From Dicyema japonicum (lineage: Eukaryota > Animalia > Dicyemida), in assembly GCA_011109175.1 (NCBI GenBank), contig RDEW01000084.1, forward strand, positions 1-64,000: a stretch of DNA of 64,000 bases, in the 5' to 3' direction. Positions 47,380 through 59,496 of this stretch are shown here, in pieces. The number at the start of each line of letters is the position of its first letter. The first letter of the stretch is position 1. Position numbers and translations under genes: made by a program. The notes beneath the pieces were generated by a model. The model was not told where the DNA came from. It made no database searches and saw only the letters and a program-made list of their open reading frames with translations.

Positions 47380-49150
47380 ATACAAATGATCTGAGCTTAT
47401 CCGAACTAACAACAGACTCAATGGAGCCGCCTAGTTGGACGACTATGTCACAAAAATTCTTGTGCCACATTTTGGAAAACGCTAAGAAGGATTAATAGCC
47501 TCATCAATGAGGAGGACCGCGGAACTGAGGCCGTTACCCGCAACGCTTCGGAACCCGCACGCAAACTCGCAAACAAGATTATGAAGTACTACGTATCGAT
47601 CAGCCATAAATTTTTTCTCGTTCTACACTTGTTGAACGGCGCCGACCACAACAAGAACCATATTCCACATTCTTCACCCCCGATGATGTTGACAAGGCTA
47701 TTAAATTGCTACATCCCACTCGTGCTTGTGGTCCCGACGGGATTTGCACTGTTCACCTCAAACACTTTGGACTCAGGCACGGACCATACTATCAAGACTG
47801 TACAACGACTCTATCAACTACCATACGTTACCTAATATATGGAAAAGTCCCTGATTACGCAAATCCTAAAGCCCAGAAAACCAAAAGACTCTTCTTACCG
47901 CCCCGTCTCAATAACTTGTATTCTATCAAAACTACTGGAAAAGCTTGTATTAATGCGCATTTCTTCTGTTCTACATCTACCAGAGTTTCAACATGGTTTC
48001 AATGTAGACTGTTCTACAACGACTCATTTGGGTTCTATCTCCCAGTTTATTACTGACGGCTTCAACATGAGAACACACCTACAGACGGCCTTAGTATCCA
48101 TCGACAAACAGAAGGCCTCTGATTCTGTTCCGAGGAAACTCCTAACGCAAAAGATTTTTAATTCATGCATACACCCAAACATCAAGCTATGGCTGGAAAC
48201 GACACGGAAGGGTCCGGATTGACAAAACCACTTCAAAATCAAGATTACTCCCCAATGGAGTCCCGCAAGGCTCCCCTTTATCTCCTCTCCTTTTCAACCT
48301 ATTTCTACATGACCTACCTACTACCAATGACCAGGACACTATGTTTTTATCCTATGCGGACGTCCTAATTATCGCTGCAAGAAATAAATCTCCTTCCATG
48401 CTGTAGCAACTGTTCAGACATACCTAAACCGAATTTGGACTGGCTATCTGCAAATACGTTATGCGTATCAGCATCCAAGTCTCAGTTCACATTATTCACT
48501 ACGGACAGAAGGTTTAAAGGTGGGCTTGAGATATCCATCGGAAACACTCCCATCCCTTCTACGCGGACCAGAAGATCCTTGGTGTAGCTTTCGACTCTCT
48601 GTTGACGTTCTCGAGTCACGTGGAGGAGATGCTCGCCAAAGGTCTTCGGAAATGGAACATTATGAATGCGATGATAAAGAAGAGCCCTTTCTTCCCGGCC
48701 GACTGCATCAGCAAGGTCTATCAACAAGTAATCATACCGATAATTGAATATGCCTGCTCCGCCTAGAGGTTTGCGATTCCCCTTTCGAGAGTGGACCGTT
48801 TGAACTCCCTCAGGCGGAGAATTATGCACCGCACGGACATCCCCATTGGCGACCTCGTTTTTGATGAGGCAACGTTGAAAAATGGCCAGGGTTTCCTACG
48901 TTTCTGCAAGGAACTGGGAAACCCATTCAAGGAAAAGGTGGCCCATGCAGAGGAATTTCGGTTTGTTAATAGAAAGTGCACGCCGATCTAATTCCTTTGC
49001 AGAAGTAAGAGAAGATGCTTCAGAAGACCAAGAAGCGGTTAGATCATCAGAAGACCAATTGAAGAGAGTTCGGATGTTGCTGGAAGCTGGGATCACCTAA
49101 TTAGTTAGTTTTGGCCTATCTTTCCTGGTGGTCTTGGGGTTAAATAAATA
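47380..49150 (+). mobile_element. Jockey/I-group-like LINE-B, RT through 3' tail, frameshifted
   Basis: ACGPDGI, SYRPVSITCILSKLLEKL, FQHGF, GVPQGSPLSP, YADV, ILGVAFDSLLTF; ends LEAGIT* followed by the tail cctggtggtcttggggtttaaataaataaa. Confidence 0.9.
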
Positions 49151-49154
49151 AAGA

Positions 49155-49850
49155 AGTTGAAGAAGCCGGCTGTGTGGATCGCGAACGAGTTTCCTTGAAG
49201 TATGGCCATTCCAATTTTTTGTCTCAGCCAGAACCCCTATCGTTGATCCCTTTTCTTTCTGGTAAGCATTCCTCCGAGTTCACAAAGAACTCAGTTGTTA
49301 TTGGACCAACGGCTCATGATGACTCTACCGCAACAAGAGTAAATCGGTACCGGTCCCCGAGGCAAAAATACTTTTTGATGTTCAGGTTTTCCGCGGTCGA
49401 AGCAGCTGCTCCAGGTGTATGAACCGAATTGAAAAGATTCGTGCTTGAAAAAGTGTCATTACAAGCTGCGTACCAGACCAAAGATCTTCCAGATGTATAG
49501 GGGAAAAGGGTCATCCCGTCAGGTCTCTTTCCATCTCCTCGATCGAGACCCACTGGTTCAAGCTGAGATAGGAAGCCTGTAGCCTTCAGAACTCTGACGA
49601 TCACATCGTTTAAAGCAGCATGACGTGGTCCCTTTCCGGCGCTTCTTCTGCAGGACAGCGGGTGCAATCCCTTCGCATCGACTGTTTTCTCGCATCGGCA
49701 TCTGTGCTCCTGGCAAACGTCTAGTCTAGCCTTTGTCAGATTCCAATCCTCAAAGAATCGTCGTCCAAAAAGGTCCCGAGGGTTGGACAAGGTATTGCAC
49801 CAAGCAATGCTCCACTCCCTCCACTTGAAGCTGACACTAAACAAGCCAGA
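49155..49850 (-). mobile_element. CRE-like C-terminal zinc finger + REL endonuclease
   Basis: CRCEKTVDAKGLHPLSCRRSAGKGPRHAALNDVI...LEPVGLDRGDGKRPDGMTLFP...KKY...FTLVAVESS. Confidence 0.9.
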
Positions 49851-50271
49851 CGATGTTGAGTTGGGTCTTTTTTGAGGTCTTCCAAAATTTTAGAGCAGAC
49901 AATGTTATCCCAATTACATTGCTTATTTGTGTCTTCGGGGATTTTGAGTCCGGACCCGTCTAATGTAGTTTCCTCATAATAATGTCAGCTCCACAACTTT
50001 GTTTCAAGAAAATGATAACTTCATCTTCAGGAACCTTCCCTGAGTATGTTCGATGATCACAACTTCGAAAGTTTTTTAAGCAGTAATGACTGGGTGTATA
50101 TCCTCATTGTCCTTTATGGATAATTTATTATTCTCTAAAAAATTTGAAATATTTCCCGCCCAAAATAATTGGAATATTTTGGATTAGATGACACAATTTT
50201 ATATTTCAAATTGAATTAGATATCTCATCTTTACTTATTGATTATGAAAGTGGAATACTAACACTACACAG

Positions 50272-50500
50272 CTAACAAAACCCTACAGAAGATTTTTGAG
50301 TCAGTGGCAAGACCACCATCCTTGGTCTTCCACGAAAGCGATTTACATGGAAAAAGTAATATTCGGAGGGGATGTCGGATCCAACCTCAGGTAGCTTCCA
50401 ATTCGCCCAAGTCACTTTATTCCCAATCTGTGTTGTTTGAGTAATTCTGTAGAGCTCGTCGTTTGTCATGAGGTTGTAATATCTCATTGGATTTATTGAT
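50272..50500 (-). mobile_element. RTE-like 3' remnant
   Basis: MTNDELYRITQT...EYYFFHVNRFRGRPR. Confidence 0.65.
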
Positions 50501-52374
50501 TTGTTATTCATTTTAACGACATATATTAAATAACTCTTATCATACCTTGCATCATTTCAATATCCCCTTTAAAGAAATAGACTGATATTTTCAAAATCTG
50601 CATAACTCTATTTGATTAAATACAGGAGTTTTGCAATTTTTCCAAATTAGATTTAAGCCATTGATATTTGTTAATTTCCGATTTCATGAAACAAATTTTC
50701 ATTTATGTTTTTCTCCAGAGGCAGGTGTGAAAAATCGAATGATGTTTCAACTGAGTTTTCTCATTTCCCACCTCCTCTTTGATAAATTAAATAATTGTGT
50801 AACTTGTCCATAATTCATCATTATCATCAAACCATTTGAAATATGTATGATAGAGCATCTGAACAAACTCAAAATTTTTTAATAATAATTTAACCTTTTT
50901 TAAGCCTACCTATTATCTTTTGTTGTTATAATAACTTTTGTAAATCAATTTTTAAATTTAAAAGCAATAAGGAATAGAATTAATATATTAGTCAAAATAC
51001 GTAATAAAATTGAATAAGTAAATTAAATTGAATAAATTAACTAAATCTTATTTCTAACCAAAATCCTTATATTCCATAGTCATGTTATCATTAATTAATT
51101 ACGCTTCCCACACATGCCAAACACGTTGTTTGGCTTTCCTATGGCATTGCAGACTGAAATAATATTTATTATTACTCAATAGATTTGTTGATTCGAAGAA
51201 TGTACTAAATATATTAATATCATACGAATACATTCTAGCATTTCTTAGATATGATGAACCTTCAGGGTCAGGTTTATATCTAAACTAATTATAATTATAT
51301 ACGCTTGTGGGTTGTTAAATGGATCAGTACACAATGCAAGAATACTAATTTAATATTAAAAATACCCTGTTAATCGAACACCCTTTGAATGAGCTAGCGT
51401 AAAAGATTGTATAATAGAATCAGTAGGAAAATAACTATAAATTAATAATATAACTTACACATTTTTGAGATTTATCAGGGTTACGGCGAAATCAATATGC
51501 ATAAATATAAGTCCGTAACAAGTTTTGAAATCTCTATCAAATTAAAATATATAAAACAATCCTATAATTGTTATAGGAAAAACATTTGAATGAATAGTTG
51601 TAATATTACGATCTTTGTCGCATATACTATAAATGATTTATATTATAATACAAATCAAAAGATTCATTTTCTCAAATGATAGAATATCTCCGCTAAGTAG
51701 AGTAATGTTTCCTGCATAAAGTTTTATTTCTGAATCGTAGATAAGTTCAGAATAATTGCCAAATTGACAGTTAATCCAATATCTGTGATAATAATGATTT
51801 TAAATATTACAATCTGTTACCAACGAGTCTTTGATCGTTACATTTCTTTATCATAGTCGTGTAATAAAACAATGCTGTAAAGATAACAGAATTGTACATT
51901 AGAATTATTACATCAATTTACGGATTTGATTTATAAACCTATTAATTAATTCATATTTTACCGTCCATAGCGTCGACAATGCGCTGACACGACAACGCCT
52001 GACACATAAATTAAAAATATTTTTCCAATATAACTTTCCCAACAGCTTATCAGTTTTCCTAATATCTTGTAATGTCTCATCTATAATCTCAAAGCATGTT
52101 TTGTGTAATTTTACATTTTCCTGGATTCAAATGAAATCGATGAATCTTATTAATGAGTTTGACGAGACTACTAGGACATTTATATAAAAAAATTTCTTAG
52201 AAATCATGTGTGACCAACAATTTAAATTAACCCAATTTCACTTCAATATTGTTATGGTAAATCGATGATCTTTCTGTTACAAATTAATTTTTAGTGGTGT
52301 TTATGATTTGATATTTGGGATATTTATATATCTTGGAAATTGACTCTTTTCCTTATCGTAATATTTGATCCTAT

Positions 52375-53260
52375 ATTGATTCTCGTTGATCCCTTTTCTT
52401 TCTGACAAGCATTCCTCCGAGTTCGCGCAAGGACTACAAAATTCTAAGTAACTATCCGATAATAAAGTAGTCAAATTCAGTTCCCTCCAAGACCTCAAAG
52501 ACCCTCGTGAGCGGAGATGGAATTGCCATGGTCTGCAGCAATTCTCAGTGTCTCTTAGTAGGTGTCCCTGAGTTGTTATTATTTAATAAATTTACCACTA
52601 AGTTCAGAAAATATTTTAACAGTTTTCCGTTTATTCCAGAAAGTAGAAGTGCTCCTTCTTAAGAGAACTTTCGACACTTTAAGGAGAGATAATATTCTGC
52701 GTTTATGGATATGATCACCTAATATTTTCGAAATTGTGAATCAATCCTATAGTCTACCTTCATCTTTACTTTTCGGGGACTACCTAATCTCTTCGTCTAC
52801 CGGAATGCAACTAGGAGATCCCCTTGGACCCCCTGTTGTTCTGTCTTACAATCGAGAGCATTATTCATCCTAAAGAATAGTCTCAACGTCAGAGGTTTGT
52901 GTATGTCGTAAGGACTCTCCCTCATATGCATGTATGAACCTTCCATATCTTTGACAAATATGAGAAAGATTGAAGAAATGAAGGAGGGCATTCAAAGTTA
53001 TGGAGCAGTGGATTTGTGGTGAATATCGATCCAACCCAATTCATCTGGAAGCTTTTATGTGAATGGACTCCGAGATGCGAGAATGGGCACATTTAATAAG
53101 GTTAGCTGTTCAGTGCTGTCATATGTGAGCATGAGAAGTTAACGATCTCATGAATGAGACTGGTTTGGACCCAAGACTTTGATCATTTTGACGACAACGG
53201 GAAATTTGCTAGAGAGGCTGTAGTATTCTCTTTTCTTAAAATTTTCAAATCGAACTTTAT
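52375..53260 (-). mobile_element. CRE-like remnants
   Basis: 52385-52430 matches the CRE 3' segment at 49243-49290; QGVQGD-like RT motif near 52815. Confidence 0.55.
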
Positions 53261-53602
53261 GCAAAGAACTCTGAGAAATGTCACGATTGAGTTATCCTTT
53301 TACTAATACTGATATCCAGCCTTATCTTAGCAGCAAATGAGAATGGTTCGTGGTCCATCTTCTTATAATCACTTAAGACACTCATAGACAATATCACAGA
53401 TAAGTTTCTGTCCTCGGCTCGTGTTCATCGTATTCATAATGCAGAAGATTTTATGCCCTCTTCTGCCAAACGAATAAGCTTGAGAGAAAAGTCGATAAAA
53501 AACTTATAGCTGGAGGCCTCGAGACTGCTGGATAATTCTTATGAAAATAAGCAATTGTTTCACCATAACCTGATTTAATAGACTTCATATTGAAAATTAA
53601 CT

Positions 53603-53680
53603 TATTCCAAAAACCAACGGTAAAACCAAACTAACTAATTCCTTGATCCTGACGCCTTCCAGCAGAACCCTCACCCAAGT
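53603..53680 (-). mobile_element. Family C-type 3' tail only
   Basis: Reverse complement cttgggtgagggttctgctggaaggcgtcaggatcaaggaattagttagtttgg...ggtttttggaataa matches the tail of 26191-26260. Confidence 0.7.
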
Positions 53681-53803
53681 GATCTACAATTGTTTGTCAT
53701 AATTTATCTTACAAATCGAATTTAGTTATAAATAAATTAATATTTTTACATATTCGTTAATAAAAAATTTAAAAATTAATAAAATAATTTATACTTTAGG
53801 TGG

Positions 53804-54557
53804 ATGCACAATTTTCACATTGATGAGTCTATTATGATAAAAGGTATAATTTACTAAACTCATTATAAAGTTGTCTTAATTGGTGATTCTAATGTTGGGA
53901 AAAGTCAACTTTTGAACCGATACGTCCGCAACAAATTCAACCACGAGTCCAAATCCACAATCGGAGTTGAATTCTCTACAAAGTACGTGTGTCTTTATAC
54001 CAAAGGAGCATCCTAATTTCTGAAAAGTCACTTAGAGTTCAATTGTGGGACACAGCTGGGCAGGAACGATTCAAATCTGTCACTTCCTCGTAATTCATTC
54101 TCATCTCAGTTATTATCGAGGAGCCCACGGAGTCGTCCTAGTCTTTGATATCACTTCTGAGTCTTCTTTTGAGTCCTTGAGCACGTGGTTGAATGAAGTG
54201 AAGACTTACGTTGATTTTGATTCAGTGTCATCCCTATTAATAGGAAACAAGAATGATTTGGAGGAGGGGAGGGTAATCAGTTTGAAAAGGGGGAAAGAAT
54301 TTGCTGGTAATGTAAATTTGTGATTGTAGTTGATAATAATATGCGTTTTATGGAGACTTCTGCACTTTCTGGGAATAATGTTGATTTGGCCTTTTATGAC
54401 TTTTTTAGTGGTAGTTGATATGGTGAATTAAGATATTTATGGGGCTGTGGGACACACTTTGGAGGAGAAGGTGACAAGTAACCTCCCTCACTCTCATAAA
54501 CTAGAGGGAATAAAATCATCAAATAAAGAAACCCTTAAGTGTTGTAAACTAAATTGA
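53804..54557 (+). CDS. RAB11: Rab11-like small GTPase, 6 exons (53804-53843, 53871-53982, 54006-54089, 54110-54306, 54330-54410, 54433-54557), 212 aa
   Basis: The spliced ORF is open: [25 protein letters not shown] (Rab11 signature), [25 protein letters not shown] and C-terminal prenylation motif CCKLN*. Introns are 27, 23, 20, 23 and 22 nt, all GT-AG. Confidence 0.92.
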
Positions 54558-55254
54558 ATTTGTTATCCTTAGGTATTACTTTTGTGGTTTATAATATTGA
54601 TTTTAAGATAAACTTGACTTATTTTATATAAGATTTAATAAAAACAAAGAACCACTAACATAGACTCAATCACCCCTCCATCTTGGATGGACAACATACA
54701 ACGTTTCATTAAATTTTCAATAAGGATGGCAAGACATTTGTATGGCGTCAGAGGAGAGTGAAAGAGATTTGAAGTATAATATGGGGTACACATTATATGA
54801 TACTGAAGTATATTTTAGTGGACATAATGACCAGAGAACTGAGGTCATGATTTATTTTCTTATGAAGAAACTTGTTTTTTGGGATAACTTTTTTTGTAAT
54901 CATTGGAAAAAATTGGCGGACCACATCGCACAAGAATACTTGACAGTGATTACACGAAAAAGCATAATGGTAAATATTGCTTTTTCTACGGAGCGAAGCA
55001 TTGTCATTTGTAGATAGGAATTTGTTTTCCACACAGACTTATGCAACCAAAACTGTCGATCGTGGTAATATCTCCGAAGACATAATCAAGTGGTAAAGTG
55101 TATCTATCTTTGTCAAGTTTATGGAATCGAAAGAAGCAGGAAATTGAAAGGACATTCGTTTCAGGCAATTTTCACGACTCAAAATGTCGAAATCAGTTGA
55201 CACGTCGATTATGACAAAAGTCCAATTCACTAAACCTGATATTTTTGTTTATGA

Positions 55255-55862
55255 CAAAATTCTGAGAGCCATTGACGAGAAGCTTAGGACTGCCGTTGAA
55301 GAAACGCTCAACATTTGTTTGATAAAACTGGCTGGTCCCAATGCAAACTACCTCTCGCGAAAGGTCTTGACGCTTTTCCTGCCGGAGGAGTGCTGGAAGG
55401 AGTCCTAGATGGAGTCATTGCTTGGGAAGTTGAGACTGCCGGATTTCCTGTCCATTTGGAGCCGCTTGGATTTGATCAAGCCCACCGAAGACCGGACGGA
55501 ACCACTCTCTTCCCATGGGAGAGTGGTAAATACTTTGTCTGGGACGCCACCTGTCGATAGCCTTTTTCCCTCAGTCTTCAACGACAGCAACTGACACAGG
55601 CTCTGCTGTGGAGAAGGCTAGACCTAAAGATAAAAAAATACGCATGTCTTGGAGGACAATTCATATTCGAACCAGTGGCAGTCGTAACGACAGGAATAAT
55701 TGGAAGCAGGTCACTGACCCTGCTAAACAGGATCGGCTCGTTCACCGCGAAGAAGAAAAACGATAGGAGAGAAAGAAGCTGGCCCATTGAGTGCATTTCC
55801 TTGCAAATCGTCAGGAGAAATGTGTTTTCAATTATAAAGCAGCCAGCAGTTGCTAACTGTTA
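55255..55862 (+). mobile_element. CRE-like 3' part with internal deletion
   Basis: ILRAIDEKLRTAVEETLN is joined to AGFPVHLEPLGFDQAHRRPDGTTLFPWESGKYFVWDATC. Confidence 0.85.
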
Positions 55863-55889
55863 GTTTTTGCGTTTAAATAAAGGAGATAA

Positions 55890-56202
55890 GCCGGGTGGCT
55901 TAGTGGTTAGGTGTTGGGCTTAAGTGACTTAGGTTACGAGTTCGATTCTCGCTGCTGTTCACCTGGTGGAAGGTTCCACGCATCTCCGATGCAAAAAGGG
56001 TTTGACGAGTGACGCCGTCATCAGTGGACTCTCACTGCGGAACTGGATTGTCTAAAAAGGACCCACACACAAGAAAAATAGAAGTGAAGATCATTCCTTG
56101 GTTCTACGATTAGTTAAAATTAACTGTTCTTTACTTAAATAAAGTGTGTGTCCTGCCTATGTGAGCTAATACCACGGCTCCGTGAAAAAGGCTATTATTA
56201 TT
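55890..56202 (+). mobile_element. SINE-A full-length copy
   Basis: 13-bp TSD ataaaggagataa at 55877-55889 and 56203-56215; (TAT)n tail. Confidence 0.95.
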
Positions 56203-56699
56203 ATAAAGGAGATAACCTGACAATATCGACTAAAGCAAGTTGAGAAACTTCACAAATATGACTTGCTTGCAAATGAACTTTGGCTATCTATGAATGCCAA
56301 ATGAAGGCTGCCAAATGAAGATTATTCCAGTGGTTTTAATATTGGATAGAGTTGTCTCAAGATGCTTCAAGAATGATATGGATAAATTAGCTATTGAAGA
56401 ATAAGACTTACATCCAATCGGTTGTGCTTAAGAGATCACTCAAAAGTATGCTCATTGAACATAAGGATAGGATGAAGATATATGATTAAGAGTACGTCTC
56501 TGCCGGAGACCAACTTGTGGAACTGGCAGGTCGTGGAGACATTCGACTGAACGAAGATATAATGACAGACATTATATGGAGACGAAGAAGAAAAGGAAAT
56601 TAGCATATAATCGATTATAATTTCCACAATCTTGTAGACAGATGAAGCCAATGAGTTTGTCATAGTTGATGGGGTCTGGTATAACGAGACACCATATGT

Positions 56700-57002
56700 C
56701 TCCTCTTGGAATTATTGACCCCTTGCACCAAAAAAGATTTATTTTTTCAAGTCGTGCAATATTTTTTTAATAGATCTTGCACGTTTCTCATAACTAGGCG
56801 GTAATTCGGATTTTAAATCCAGTCCATATGCCAGTTTAATAGCATATCTCCTCGATCTATCGAGAAGCTCTACAAGAATACTTCTCTCATCACTTTCAAA
56901 CCATCCTTGGAAGCCATAAATCAAGAATAGGTCAATAAAAGCTGTATAAACATAGATAATAGTTTCCGGACTCAATTGAAAACTTAGAAGCAATTTCAAC
57001 AT
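56700..57002 (-). mobile_element. LINE RT thumb remnant (family of 22850 and 28679)
   Basis: LSPETIIYVYTAFI...LIYGFQGW...LDRSRRYAIKLAYG. Confidence 0.7.
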
Positions 57003-57084
57003 CGCTGTAGCTTTTTTTCTTGATGTAATTTATAAAGGAACCCTTCGAGTTCACACAAACACAAGATATTGCAACTGAAAGTCT

Positions 57085-57243
57085 AGAAAGGAAGATCACT
57101 CACACAAGAAAAAAAAAGAAGTAAGATCATTCCTTGGTTCTACGATTAGTTAAAATTAACTGTTCTTTACTTAAATAAAGTGTGTGTCCTGCCTATGCGG
57201 AGCTATAAATACTATGGCTCTCGTGAAAAGGCTTTATTATTAT
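57085..57243 (+). mobile_element. SINE-A 5'-truncated copy
   Basis: Matches the consensus from the A-tract to the (TAT)n tail. Confidence 0.9.
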
Positions 57244-59029
57244 AAAAGCAAAACTCCCCTACTACGGGAAATTCAGATGTGATCATAATAAGGCTATACA
57301 GCACTATATGAGTATAATCCGACAATTGGTTTCGTCACTGTGACTATCCTTCCATCTAGTAGATCTCAACTTGGGTCACCTCTTTTTTGTTCTCATTCTC
57401 TTTCAATTTTTTCCCCACATAGAGTGATTTCTTTTGGCTGTTACTTTTATTAACCAATTGTAACCACTTGAATGAATCTATATTAACGAAAGAGATAAAG
57501 TAAGGTAAAGGACAGTAAAAACACCACAAATCCTACTTGGTCCATCATCTACTTTTTTATTCATAGTTAGCTCTATAAATGATGACAGGTCACTGGTATT
57601 CTTGCAGAAGGACATAATCCATATCCATATTTTCCCTACCGTTTACAGTAGCGTCTCTGAATCCACACTCAGTACCATATCGGTCTTAATTGGAATGCGA
57701 ATTTAATTCACAATCTTTCTAAAAGCAGGATGATTTTTTTATTTAAAGAAAAAAAGCACGCTTTACATCAATAACAAGTGACAGTAGAAAGATTACCAGA
57801 AAATTAAAAGAAAGTGTTTTCACAAATTTAAGCATCCGGTGGCATAACCTGGAAGGCTTATATCCTCACTAAAATCTCACCTTCTCCTAAACTGGACCTC
57901 AAGTAACGGAGTTGTTAATTGTTATAACAAATATGATAATTAAATACTCTCCGAAAATTTTGCCCGCTTCAGCCTCGGACCCAGGCCGTAATTCTAAGAA
58001 AGCCGGCGATCATTTGTTTGTGTTGAAAATGAAAATTTTTACTCTTAAAAAATTTGTTTTTTACCCTGAAAATTATTAGTGACGCTATTGGTCGGAAGAG
58101 TTACGTTAATGGTTGGGAAACCCTATAAATATGATAATTTAAAAACAATTAAAATTTTTAAAGGTAATAATACTCATGGTCATTCAAAAACATTTCACTA
58201 TCATTCATCGAATTCGAGTCATAATCAAGATCTGTTAAAATAAATATTCTATCACAACCATCATCCGAATTATCAAGAAGTTCAGCCCCAAATACATATT
58301 TATTGAGCTCCTCCGTGTTAGGGACAACTTTATCAAGTCTATCCATTGCCAATGGATCATCCACCATTTCAAGCCACTGAGAATTNGTGTCTAGGAGGGG
58401 ATCATTTTTTATATGAATAGTACCAGGTTCATAGAAATATTGTGGCCAGAAATCATTAAATTGGAGTCACGTGGAAACTGCTTTCTTTTATTATCAAGGA
58501 AGGAGTTGGAAGAAAATAAATATTACATTTTTGATCTAAAAAGCTCCACAGAAGCGAAATATCTGTTAAAATATAGCACAGAATGCCACTGTTTTTTTCA
58601 GGTTTGTTTTCCCATAAGAAAGACTCGGTTTCTATCCAAGCAGCACTATAGCATCCTCCAAACTAAAACGCTTTGTTCCTATTGAGAATGACTCTCAAGG
58701 TGCTAACAAAGTTAGAAATTAGTCTACATTTGTAGAAATCCATAGACAATGAAGCTTCTAATACTAGAAACTCTGTGAGTCTATTCTGAAAGTTATAAAC
58801 TTTTTTCAATTCTGTTTTTCTATCGAATTATCTACTATCGTTGATTCTGTAGCCAATTAGTTTTACTTTTTTTATTTGTGATTAAGCAGTATTTAAAGTT
58901 GTTACTCAATGAATGTCGAGTAAGTAAACGATTCGGTTAATAAACCTCTTTTCCTGACACCCCCTACGCGATGATTCAGAATCAAACCCTCGATGGAGAT
59001 TTCAGAAGAATTATTATTAGCACTTATTG

Positions 59030-59330
59030 CTATGTCATAGGACTTTACAAAGCATGTGCAACACGAGTTTAGCAAATCACTGGTTTTTCGTCCACTTCCT
59101 CCTATTCAAAGCCGCAGTGCGTAACCAGTCAAGATCCGTCCCATTATTTGAGGTCCTGTCGAGAACGACTGGCAGTGTCATCCTTGGGCGACCACGGAAA
59201 CGGGGGGCTTCCAACATGAAGTATTCTCCATGGCTACGTTTCGCGGGGGTATCTAGGTACAGTCGCAGAATGTGGCCGAAAAGCCTCCTCGTACAACTGT
59301 ATGTACAATTGTTTTTCATTCATATCTGAA
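59030..59330 (-). mobile_element. RTE-like 3' remnant
   Basis: RRLFGHILRL...PRFRGRPRMTLPVVL. Confidence 0.8.
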
Positions 59331-59496
59331 GGATGAAGAAACCAAATGTTGCAAGCGTGGCGAGGATTATAGAATAATCTTGACTGCTGATCAGAAAAAT
59401 TTAATACGGCAGGGTTGATGAAGATGCAACAATGACTTTGAAGGCGTTGGAAAATAAAACTGTGCAAGGAGATGGAGATATTTGTAAGGACAAGTA

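Noticed and set aside
54742-55250. ISL2EU/Harbinger-like transposase or host ORF downstream of Rab11
   Set aside because: One weak motif (FYGAKH) in fragmented frames, with no TIRs seen.
58158-58367. 69-aa acidic ORF as a host gene exon
   Set aside because: No recognisable domain and no consistent upstream exon chain.
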